A DNA stretch of 64,000 nucleotides from Escherichia phage ime, in the sequence record MN850576.1. One strand, 5' to 3'. The notes under the pieces are model-generated. The model was not told the DNA's origin. It ran no database searches and worked only from the letters and a program-made list of their open reading frames with translations. Shown in pieces: positions 1-8,423 of the stretch. Position 1 is the stretch's first letter. The number at the start of each line of letters is the position of its first letter. The position numbers and the translations under genes are program-made.

Positions 1-264
1 GCTAAATAGCTCCACCACCCCTCTTCAGATTGGTAGTCGAATCCCATACTCTCCAACCATGAAGCATATACGCCTGCACCCTCAAGCCAGTGAGTATTTT
101 CATCCAGAAACTTGTTAATAGACATGTGAGCTTCTAAGCATTTATCCAGCTCTTTTCCGTTAACCAGCCACGCACTGACCGTGGCGCATCCAAAGTCTAC
201 AGATTGAGTTGACAGGTTGTATTGGTCATAGTTCTCAGGTTTAACAATGATATCTTCTAATGTC
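1..264 (-). CDS. hypothetical protein, partial (3' end lies beyond window start)
   Basis: Minus-strand ATG at 262-264 with AAGGAG about 9 nt upstream; frame stays open to position 1. Absent from ORF track because it is truncated. Confidence 0.4.
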
Positions 265-283
265 ATTTTTCAGATCTCCTTAT

Positions 284-313
284 ACAAAAATGCCCCACCC
301 TTTCGGGCAGGGC
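284..313 (-). terminator. rho-independent terminator (minus strand)
   Basis: Minus-strand RNA GCCCUGCCC-GAAA-GGGUGGGGC (9-bp stem with two G.U pairs, GNRA loop) followed by UUUUU; lies just downstream of the SSB-like gene stop. Confidence 0.6.
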
Positions 314-328
314 TATGTTAACTAGATG

Positions 329-1555
329 TTAGAATGGGATGTCATCATCAAAGGCGTACTGTGCTGGATTCTGATCCATCGGGTCATCTTCCTCGTCATT
401 TACAGGAGGAGCGTCTACAGTATTTTGCTGTGAAGCAGCTTCCTGTTTGGCAGCTTGAGGTTCTTGATGGTCAGTGGACCCAGCACCGTTCTTGATCCAA
501 TCGTACAACGGCTCAGCCAGATTAGTCAAGACATCTTTTGCTTCTGCAGTAATTGCCGCTGCAAAATCATCAACTTTCGTTTTCTTGTCAATACGGCGAC
601 AAGCGTTCAACACCGCATTACCGACACTGGCACCTACTTCATCTTCAGTTCGGTTGGTGGCTTGAGCATACTCTTTCTTAAGCTCAATAGTGACTACGTG
701 CAGTGTTTTAGCCACACCTAGTGGGTCGTCTACCTTAAACCCGCGATCCAGGATGATTTGCAACGCATTGATGCTATGTCCCGTCTCCACACCAATAGGG
801 TCGTAAGAGGATTTACGCTTGCCACCAGAGCCTTGAGTGCCGTTCTCTGCCTTAGGTGGATAGGCTTTGAAACCACTGATAATGTTTCCGGTGTCTTTGT
901 CAACAATGGCTGCAACACGACCACCTACCACCAGGTCTTTAAGCTGCTCATCAGTAACAACCATGGCACCTTCGCCAATCTTGTGGTCATTAACAGTAAC
1001 CACGTTGCCAACAATCTGAGTCACATCGCCATAGATGCGTAAAACGTCCTGATTGGCATTCTGCTGAGGTTTCTGCTTCTGGCCTTGTGATTGTGCACCT
1101 TGTTGCTGTTTTTGCTGCTGAGTCGCTGCTGGAGCCTCTCCTGCACCCAGCTTGACCATCTTAGCCAGTGAGCCTTTGTAATAGGTCTTACCGTTATGCT
1201 CGTTTGCCTTCAAAGGGATATTTACGATCCATCCCGGCGTTACGGTTTCCCACTTGTCATCAATCTTAACAGAGACAGAGTCTTGATGACCAGGTTTAAG
1301 CAGCTTATCACCCATACTGATCCAAACTTCTTCACCACCTTGAAGCAGGTTATCAGAGGAATCCAGTTCAGAAATCAGTAAAGAGATGGTGTGGCTGGAT
1401 TCAATTTTCTTACCTTGCCACACAGTGGTTTTAATACCTGTTGTAGGATCAGCACCTTTGATAGGTTTGATGCTGACACGTTTAATCATGCCGTGAGCCA
1501 GTAAAACAGTTTCACGCGGATTCATCGGGTTAGCGAATTGTTGAATAACGCTCAT
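329..1555 (-). CDS. single-stranded DNA-binding protein-like, acidic C-terminal tail ending DDDIPF
   Basis: 408-aa ORF with Q/G-rich linker; the last residues ...AFDDDIPF match the C-terminal tip of bacterial SSB. Location in a replication module with primase-helicase and polymerase. Confidence 0.55.
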   Translation of the reverse strand: MSVIQQFANPMNPRETVLLAHGMIKRVSIKPIKGADPTTGIKTTVWQGKKIESSHTISLLISELDSSDNLLQGGEEVWISMGDKLLKPGHQDSVSVKIDDKWETVTPGWIVNIPLKANEHNGKTYYKGSLAKMVKLGAGEAPAATQQQKQQQGAQSQGQKQKPQQNANQDVLRIYGDVTQIVGNVVTVNDHKIGEGAMVVTDEQLKDLVVGGRVAAIVDKDTGNIISGFKAYPPKAENGTQGSGGKRKSSYDPIGVETGHSINALQIILDRGFKVDDPLGVAKTLHVVTIELKKEYAQATNRTEDEVGASVGNAVLNACRRIDKKTKVDDFAAAITAEAKDVLTNLAEPLYDWIKNGAGSTDHQEPQAAKQEAASQQNTVDAPPVNDEEDDPMDQNPAQYAFDDDIPF

Positions 1556-1920
1556 TATTTGTCTCCTTGTTCTTCGTTAGTGTTTGCCGTGTGTGCAAAC
1601 CCTGCTTGAATTAATTTGTCCTGAACTTGAGCCAACAGGCCCATTGCAAAACTTGTGGTCCCAGAGAGGGCCATCAACATATCTCGTTGTTGAGCTACCC
1701 AACCTAAGGCATAGTCCAAACGACGATATTTTTCTTCTTCACGCAGAGCCTGAAATAATTGTTCAGCCTCCGGTTGTTGTGTGAGCTCCTGAAGTCTTCC
1801 CATGAAAGAAGAAAGCACTAGCAAAAGAGACACTTGATCTTTACTTAACCCTAAGAAAAATTCTTGAGGTTGTTCTTGCTCGTTCATCGCAACCGACGCT
1901 TGATCGTTCATTTGTTCCAT
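1555..1920 (-). CDS. hypothetical protein
   Basis: 121-aa ORF, same strand as neighbours, stop overlaps downstream start. Confidence 0.5.
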   Translation of the reverse strand: MEQMNDQASVAMNEQEQPQEFFLGLSKDQVSLLLVLSSFMGRLQELTQQPEAEQLFQALREEEKYRRLDYALGWVAQQRDMLMALSGTTSFAMGLLAQVQDKLIQAGFAHTANTNEEQGDK

Positions 1921-2003
1921 TATGGAATCTCCGATTTTATTTGAACAACATAGAAGGAGACACTATTTTAGCATCCCCTTCTGTAAATTACAATAGATAT
2001 TTG

Positions 2004-2249
2004 TTAGCCAATCACTTCAAAAGTTCCCCAATTCCCGTCCAGCAGGCAGGTGATCGGATCCCCATCGTCGTCAAAGATTTCAAAGTTTTCAGCATCCAGG
2101 ATGTGGCCCTCGAACACAATACTTTCGTCGCCACCACCAGAAATAACAGCGTATTCCTTACCTTGAGTCAAGTTTTGACACCCTTTGCCACCAAAACCTA
2201 CTTCAACACAACGTACTTTCTGTCCTGCGCGAGCAACTACTCCAGTCAT
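2004..2249 (-). CDS. hypothetical protein
   Basis: 81-aa ORF in co-directional early gene string. Confidence 0.4.
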   Translation of the reverse strand: MTGVVARAGQKVRCVEVGFGGKGCQNLTQGKEYAVISGGGDESIVFEGHILDAENFEIFDDDGDPITCLLDGNWGTFEVIG

Positions 2250-2266
2250 CTTAAGGTCTCCTGATA

Positions 2267-2587
2267 TTAATCGTCAAGTTCAAAATAGATTTTAACAGCT
2301 TCATCAAAGATTGGAATCCCGATGTTGTTGATAAGCTGCCAAACTACCATATCTTTACCTGGGTCTGGGAGAATGTCAACCTTTCTCCATGCGCTGTATA
2401 TCCAGTTCGGACCACCTTCTGCACTAACTGGCAGATTTTCACCAGCCTCCTGCAGATACTTATACAGCAAAAGATATTCTGGATACTCTAGAACACTGTC
2501 CTCTGTAGTATATAGCAGTTCACGGTATACTTTTAAGAACCCTGCGGGGGTGATGTTTTCAGTCTTCATTTGCTGCTTCTCCTGCAT
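2267..2587 (-). CDS. hypothetical protein
   Basis: 106-aa ORF, tightly packed with flanking minus-strand genes. Confidence 0.5.
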   Translation of the reverse strand: MQEKQQMKTENITPAGFLKVYRELLYTTEDSVLEYPEYLLLYKYLQEAGENLPVSAEGGPNWIYSAWRKVDILPDPGKDMVVWQLINNIGIPIFDEAVKIYFELDD

Positions 2588-2948
2588 TCATCAGATCTGC
2601 CATAGCGTCACCCACGAAGAGAACAACCACATCGTTGATCGCGTCAGCATCATCTTTGTTGACGTTGCTGAATTTAGGACACACAGCAATGATCATATAG
2701 ACACCGTTACCAACCTGGACTGTCCGTGTGGTGCACATCATGGCGGTATTTGTGCCTTCTTTGAAGGCGAAGCCTTGAAGACGCTCCTCTAAAGTGTTAC
2801 CGGTAGATTTCAGAAGCGCCAGCTCGTCCAAGGCATAGATGATATCTCCGGAAGTTAGTGTTGCCTTGCCATCAGACACCATAATCACTCCATCAGCACC
2901 GTCAAGCTTAGAGGCTTCAAAGATATCAATATCCCAAATATTTTTCAT
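2559..2948 (-). CDS. hypothetical protein
   Basis: 129-aa ORF; start overlaps stop of upstream gene. Confidence 0.5.
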   Translation of the reverse strand: MKNIWDIDIFEASKLDGADGVIMVSDGKATLTSGDIIYALDELALLKSTGNTLEERLQGFAFKEGTNTAMMCTTRTVQVGNGVYMIIAVCPKFSNVNKDDADAINDVVVLFVGDAMADLMNAGEAANED

Positions 2949-3280
2949 TACGCTTCCTCGTCGTCTAAGTAATCATCAAGAGAGGTGAAGATTTCACCGA
3001 AGTATTCTAAGATTTCTAGCTCACGTGTGGTGCAGCAAACATAATCGCCTTGGTCGTCCTTAATAGTGGCCTCTTTACCCAGAACATGCACTTCAAATTC
3101 ATCGTTCAGCAGGACGGCCCCTGTGTAAACTTTGTCAGCTGTGCAGTCCCGAAAAGCAGAGTCCTTTTCCAGATAGTCTGGCTTAACCTTGGCTTTAATT
3201 CGTTGATATTGTTTGGTCATTGCTGTGGTCCCCTTTCGTTTTGATAGGGCCATTATATTAGGCCCTATCACTGTTGTCAA
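2948..3280 (-). CDS. hypothetical protein (paralog of 3284..3538)
   Basis: 110-aa ORF; shares motif RAF[KR]DCT...Y...KDD[QE]GD.V.CT with adjacent ORF. Confidence 0.5.
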   Translation of the reverse strand: MTTVIGPNIMALSKRKGTTAMTKQYQRIKAKVKPDYLEKDSAFRDCTADKVYTGAVLLNDEFEVHVLGKEATIKDDQGDYVCCTTRELEILEYFGEIFTSLDDYLDDEEA

Positions 3281-3283
3281 GTA

Positions 3284-3538
3284 TTAATGTTCAGGTTTTA
3301 CAAAAACTACTTCATTAACAGTGCACCAGACAGAGTCTCCTTCGTCATCTTTAAAGGTAAGGCACTGTGCTGAGTTTTCCAGCTCATCAATCTCTTCTTG
3401 TGATAAAGGGGCCCCTTCTTCCAGAAGGGCTTTTACCAGAGGGTTCTCACAAAACTCTGCTTCATAAATTGCACCGACTGTGCAATCTTTAAAAGCTCGG
3501 TCATTTGCAACGCATTCTGGCTTCAAAGTAATTTTCAT
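3284..3538 (-). CDS. hypothetical protein (paralog of 2948..3280)
   Basis: 84-aa ORF; shares the same motif as its neighbour. Confidence 0.5.
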   Translation of the reverse strand: MKITLKPECVANDRAFKDCTVGAIYEAEFCENPLVKALLEEGAPLSQEEIDELENSAQCLTFKDDEGDSVWCTVNEVVFVKPEH

Positions 3539-3614
3539 CTTGGCAGTCTCCTTAGTTATTTAAAAATCAACGCTCTGTTTGTGTGAAGCATCTTATATCT
3601 AATCTTACTTCTTG

Positions 3615-4013
3615 TCAATGGCTATTTTCAATCATCCACACAGGGTCGAGGTAAATTTGTTGACGTCTTGCCCAATGACAAACTTCATTGTACATCTGAA
3701 TCTCTTTGTCTGTCAATTCACGAATAGGCTCATCTATACCCTCATTTTTGTGGTAATCCCATTCTGCGTCTATCTCCCACAGCCATGACTTGTTGTCACC
3801 ACGCTTACGCACACAGAAGTCACCAGGGCGGCCTGCCAATGCATTTAAGAACTCGTTCTCCGCTCGCTCCTGGAGAATACTAAGGAGCAAAACGTTGGAA
3901 CATGACCGTAAAATATGCTTCAGCTCGCAGTCATCGATCTCAACTTCGATACGTTGTTTGACTGTGTGAGTACCTTTTACTAACATTCTACCTCCTCTAT
4001 ACAAACTCTGCAA
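3615..4013 (-). CDS. hypothetical protein
   Basis: 132-aa ORF in early gene string. Confidence 0.5.
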   Translation of the reverse strand: MQSLYRGGRMLVKGTHTVKQRIEVEIDDCELKHILRSCSNVLLLSILQERAENEFLNALAGRPGDFCVRKRGDNKSWLWEIDAEWDYHKNEGIDEPIRELTDKEIQMYNEVCHWARRQQIYLDPVWMIENSH

Positions 4014-4191
4014 GGGTTGTGTCGCTCATTGCACTGTGATAAATAGAATACCCTAACCCGTTAGAGTGCAAAAACCATGGCGTGCCGAAATTATCTTTCA
4101 CGTAGACATCGCCGTTGCTTGTAAATGGCCAATATTCTTCACCAAGGGTGAAATACCTACTCATACCCTCAGCCAGATACTTTACTTTCAT
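3997..4191 (-). CDS. hypothetical protein
   Basis: 64-aa ORF, overlapping stop/start with neighbours. Confidence 0.4.
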   Translation of the reverse strand: MKVKYLAEGMSRYFTLGEEYWPFTSNGDVYVKDNFGTPWFLHSNGLGYSIYHSAMSDTTLAEFV

Positions 4192-4415
4192 AGGTCCTCT
4201 TCAACAGCTACAAACTTGGCAAGCAGGGTGGTTCCGTAGATATGATACTCACCGTTTGCCAGATGGGAGATAAACCAGGCAACCCCTTCCTCGTCTTTAA
4301 TCATTTTATTTGCACGAGCTTTATCGTAATAAACCTCGTAGGTCTTTCCTTCTTTAAAGAATGACAGGTCTGTCATCTTTTCTTCTACAAAGGTAGCTTT
4401 AACCAAAGTCGTCAT
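4188..4415 (-). CDS. hypothetical protein
   Basis: 75-aa ORF, ATGA-type overlap with neighbours. Confidence 0.45.
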   Translation of the reverse strand: MTTLVKATFVEEKMTDLSFFKEGKTYEVYYDKARANKMIKDEEGVAWFISHLANGEYHIYGTTLLAKFVAVEEDL

Positions 4416-4786
4416 TGATCAGTCTCCTTCTTGTTAAGTCTGAATACTGCAATAATAGCATTCCCAAGGTGCAGTGTCAAATCATTTCCAAGATACCACA
4501 GCATCCCACGGTCATCTTTAATGAAAGGGTAACAATCTGGTGCCTTCCAGACATTGTACACTTTGCCAACCTGAAAGAAATCAGGCCCTGTCGGGATTTT
4601 GGTGCCAGGCCACACTTGAGATACCTGAACACACTCCACCTGCATAATAACAGGAATAGTCATGGATGTAAATGTTTTTGTTGGTTCTACTACCATAAAA
4701 GTCTCCTCTTTGCTCAACAACACTTCCATGTGTTGATAGTTTACATTAGTGACAATCACCCCAATTACGACCACACAAGTATTCAC
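4412..4786 (-). CDS. hypothetical protein
   Basis: 124-aa ORF; first 13 codons overlap polymerase exon 2, so the true start may be the internal Met (MEVLL..., about 4729). Confidence 0.45.
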   Translation of the reverse strand: MNTCVVVIGVIVTNVNYQHMEVLLSKEETFMVVEPTKTFTSMTIPVIMQVECVQVSQVWPGTKIPTGPDFFQVGKVYNVWKAPDCYPFIKDDRGMLWYLGNDLTLHLGNAIIAVFRLNKKETDQ

Positions 4787-5099
4787 CTGTGATCTGGAAC
4801 GGGACTCCCATCATTTTAGAAGCTTGCCAGAAGCAATGCACCACCATTTCACCCACAGGGCTCCAGATAAGTTCAAGCTTTCCGTCATCGTTCAGGATAG
4901 GATCGTACACCGTGTTTCCGTCTCTGTCAACCACTTCGTTTCCGTTTTCATCCTTGCGTGCCTTTTTGTACTTATGACCGTCAAACACATGAAGTTTGGC
5001 CTCCTGCTCTGCCTTAAATGCTTCCAATTCTTCAATTGTGTCGAAGGTGTACACAGTCTTATACTTAGGCGTGTCAGGGACCTGAAGTTGGTACTCATC
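4746..5099 (-). CDS. DNA polymerase family A, C-terminal segment (putative exon 2)
   Basis: Frame is open from an upstream TAG and begins DEYQLQV...; ends ...GRNWGDCH, resembling family A polymerase C-termini as recalled. No ATG or RBS of its own; the ORF track starts it at TTG 5102. Confidence 0.65.
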   Translation of the reverse strand, partial: DEYQLQVPDTPKYKTVYTFDTIEELEAFKAEQEAKLHVFDGHKYKKARKDENGNEVVDRDGNTVYDPILNDDGKLELIWSPVGEMVVHCFWQASKMMGVPFQITGEYLCGRNWGDCH

Positions 5100-5941
5100 C
5101 AATAGTTCAGGTAGGTCGTTAAGCTACCCCGCACCATTACGTGCACAGCCATACGGTTTCCTGTATGGATCGGACTATCTCACTACCTTGTTACCAAGGC
5201 ACCTCTCATTTCGACCGCACTTGCTGGCCTACTCTACTCGCTTCTTCACACCAAACTATGTTGGAGCTATGCTTTCGATAGTCTCTGAACGTTACTACCA
5301 GGTGTAGTTTTTAGAGATATGTTTCCACTGTCTTCTTTGCTTTATGGCTCTGACCGTCTCATAAGGATACCCAAGATCCCTAATCTCACATTGTCGTAGA
5401 CCACTCTGCAACAGTTCACAAATCTCCATTACCTCATCCTCGGTCAGCACAGCGTTGGCATTATACTCACCGACTGGCCTTACTCTGAGCTCATTATCGT
5501 AGGCGTGTTTGATATTTTCACCGGGGGTAGTCCATTCCAGGTTCCAGTATGCATTGTTGTACTTATTTCCATCCTTATGGTTCACCCATGTGAGCTTTTC
5601 AGGATCAGGGTTCGGTACAAAGCATTCAGCAACCAAGTGGTGGACACCTTTTGTGCACTGCCTTCCATCGATGAGCATGGTTACGCAAAGGTAACCTCTA
5701 CCATTATCAAAACAAAACATTGTTGTATGATCACGTTTCGATAAAGGTATTGTTCCATCATCAAACACGATATACCCGTGATAATCAGCTGATCTAGCCA
5801 TTTTAACTACACCCCTTTAGTCTTCGCTGCGGATTAGCATATTGAGTTTTTACCATGTTTAGGTGTAAAAGTCAACTTAGCCTTCCCGTCAATTAAAGAG
5901 GTTTTCGACGTGCATCACTGCACGAAGCCACAATGTTATTT
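5100..5941 (-). mobile_element. putative group I intron carrying an HNH homing endonuclease ORF, inserted in the DNA polymerase gene
   Basis: Interrupts the polymerase after the His codon of motif C; exon 1 ends in U, element ends in G; possible P1 pairing of exon CCAU with GUGG 11-14 nt into the element; about 335 nt of non-coding sequence flank a 507-nt HNH ORF. Confidence 0.55.
5295..5801 (-). CDS. HNH homing endonuclease (I-HmuI-like, HNH_3 type with C-terminal helix-turn-helix)
   Basis: 168 aa; motif ...WVNHKDGNKYNNAYWNLEWTTPGEN... is typical of HNH_3 endonucleases; C-terminal ...LTEDEVMEICELL...WKHI resembles their DNA-binding tail; own RBS upstream. Confidence 0.8.
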   Translation of the reverse strand: MARSADYHGYIVFDDGTIPLSKRDHTTMFCFDNGRGYLCVTMLIDGRQCTKGVHHLVAECFVPNPDPEKLTWVNHKDGNKYNNAYWNLEWTTPGENIKHAYDNELRVRPVGEYNANAVLTEDEVMEICELLQSGLRQCEIRDLGYPYETVRAIKQRRQWKHISKNYTW

Positions 5942-8365
5942 ATGGTAATAAATAATACGACGAACACCTTCATCGTACCACCCACGCTTCACCATTTGGT
6001 GGTGCATGAGTATCCCAACTAAGTCACACAACGATGCACCACCATTTTGTTGGTATGCATTAAGTAAAGAGTGTTTAGATCGGGTCCAGATAGCATGACC
6101 ATCAAAAGAGTAGATAAACTTCTTACCCGTTGCTTCCCAGAATTTCTCCAGATCCTCTTTACGCCCTTTAAGACCAGGGTTGGCATCCCAAAGCGCATCG
6201 ATTACCCTTTGCCCCAACTCTGGGGAGATATCCAGCATGTCTGCAACTTTATCTTTTTGTGCCCCATACATAACCCCGTACGTGATAGGTTTACCGTCGT
6301 TACGAGACACCTCTCTACCTGCTACTTTCGTATATGCCTCAGCATTGTTTTGGTGGGCATCCCCGTTACTTACAACATCGTAATACAGGCCGTTGTCGAA
6401 CTCAAAGGCACCCCAAGCCCCGATAAGCTGCTCTAAGTTGGACCCGTCAATACCGATCTCAAAGTATCCTGGAGGAACACCCCACAGACTGCGCATCTCT
6501 TTACCCATAACCACTTTAGGAGATGGTTTAGGCATGTTTGCACAAATACTGTGTTTCTGTCGGGAAGTGTTTGTTAATCCAGAGCTTTTAGCAGGAAGCT
6601 TATGGTCAATCTTCAAACGTGGGTGATTAAGAAGACCAGTATCAACCTTATCCTCCTTGATTGGATCAAGGACCGATCTGCGGTTTCGCAATGATAACCA
6701 CAAGACGATATCTTTAGCCATCTCTCCGTTCAATTTTTCAAGATTCGGACATAGGTGTCCAAACGTATCTTTCAGTTGCGGAGAAGTAATAAGTGCCCTG
6801 GCTTTTCTGCGTATTTTCCCGAACACTTCCTTTTTAATCCTTTCGGAGTTAGGAAAGCTTCGGAACTTGTGCACTGTTGTCTGAAACTTAGCATCAGTTT
6901 TGTTCCAGAAGTTGATAATTAGGTCACAATACTCTGACTCTAAAAGCTCGTCCATGTATGCATATACTCGTGCATCAACATCTGCATCAGGTAGAGCTTT
7001 CTTCTTGCTGTCCTTAGTTACATCCTTAGTTCTCCACATTGTCGGAAGCCAACCAGCACTGATCAGGTATCGCTTAATGTCGTCCTGGTTGCTGATTTTC
7101 ATAGGTATCTTGCAGTCAGGCATTCGCTTCTGCTGCAGATCACTTATTGCCTGATCCATCAGCTCTTTAGGTAAAGGTTGTGGTGTGGAGGTGCCCTTAA
7201 TATAACCTCTCAAGAAATCAGCCATCTTGTCGGGGTCTTTGCAGCCCATCTCTTCGCACCATTTTATCCCCATCTTGCTGACATCTCCTGTGGAGGTAAA
7301 TGCTCGCTTAGGCGGGGCTTTGAATTCTAAAGCGCTCATGTCTACAGGATAGCCAAGCTTATCTTTTAACCATTTCCAACCATTATTGGAGATTGTCCCA
7401 TCTTGGTTAAACGGCTTTTCAGGGAACTTGGGCCGCTGAGACATTGACAACTCTTTTAAAGGAAGTTGAGGTTCAACACGATCAGCGATCTCTTTCATCC
7501 ACGCATCGCAACGGTCACGTAAAGCAATAGCTCCATCTATGTCGAAGTATACACCCTGACGGGCCTGCAGCTCCATCAGGAAGTGCTGCAGCATGCCTCG
7601 ACGTAATGCGTTCTTCCAGGTGATCTTCTTGAACCCTTTCGGCTTCTCTTTGGCTGGATCGTACATAAAGTTCTGCATGTCAGATTTGCCGTAGAATACA
7701 CCTTTTGATTCCGCTACCAGCTCTTTCCAGAGCAGCTCCTGGATGATAACGTCCTCGAATACACGATCCACATACTTCCACAACGGAAGATCGCGCCAGT
7801 CATCAATTTGAACTTTCTGGTTACCAAGGGCGTAGCCCCATGCCATAAGGCCGTGAGGACCAACAGGCTGCATTTTCTTAGTAACCGGGTTGAATACAGA
7901 GTCCGGACAACCTTTTGGTAAAGGGCGATCAGGCCACAAGATTCTGCTCATCGCCAACGTATCAAACAGGTTAACCTGGTGGTCGTTGATAGTCCCCATG
8001 CATTTAGGATCACGGAACATATCAAAATGAATACCGGATAATCTTTCCATCAGCATAAAGTCATAACTGTAGCAGTTATGGCAGTTCAAAGCTGTTGGTG
8101 ACCAGTCGGAATTGCCTGTAAGCCAACCTTCCAACTCCGAAAAATCTGCTATGCGAACTTCAAAATCTTTATGAAGAGTTTTCTTTGCCAGAATAAAGTT
8201 CTTAGCCTTCTCTATATCCTCTTCGGAGTAGTGTGTGCGGTCATTTAGAGGAAGGAACAGCATAAAACGGTTCTTATTCAGCTCTTTAAACAGGCCGCAG
8301 TGATAATAAAGATCTGGATCTTCCAGCAAACCGGATGACTCAAAGTCGAACGACCACATGCTCAT
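5942..8365 (-). CDS. DNA polymerase family A with 3'-5' exonuclease domain (putative exon 1; ORF track extends to 5936)
   Basis: N-terminal FDFESSGL matches the Exo I motif; GIDGSNLE...FDNG...NGDAH and K...YGVMYGA align with polymerase motifs A and B as I recall them from T7 gp5; ORF stops two codons after the motif C His. Confidence 0.8.
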
Positions 8366-8423
8366 ATACAGTTCTCCTTAAAGGGGAGGCGGTTGTACTA
8401 CCCCTCCCACTCTTTGTTAAACA

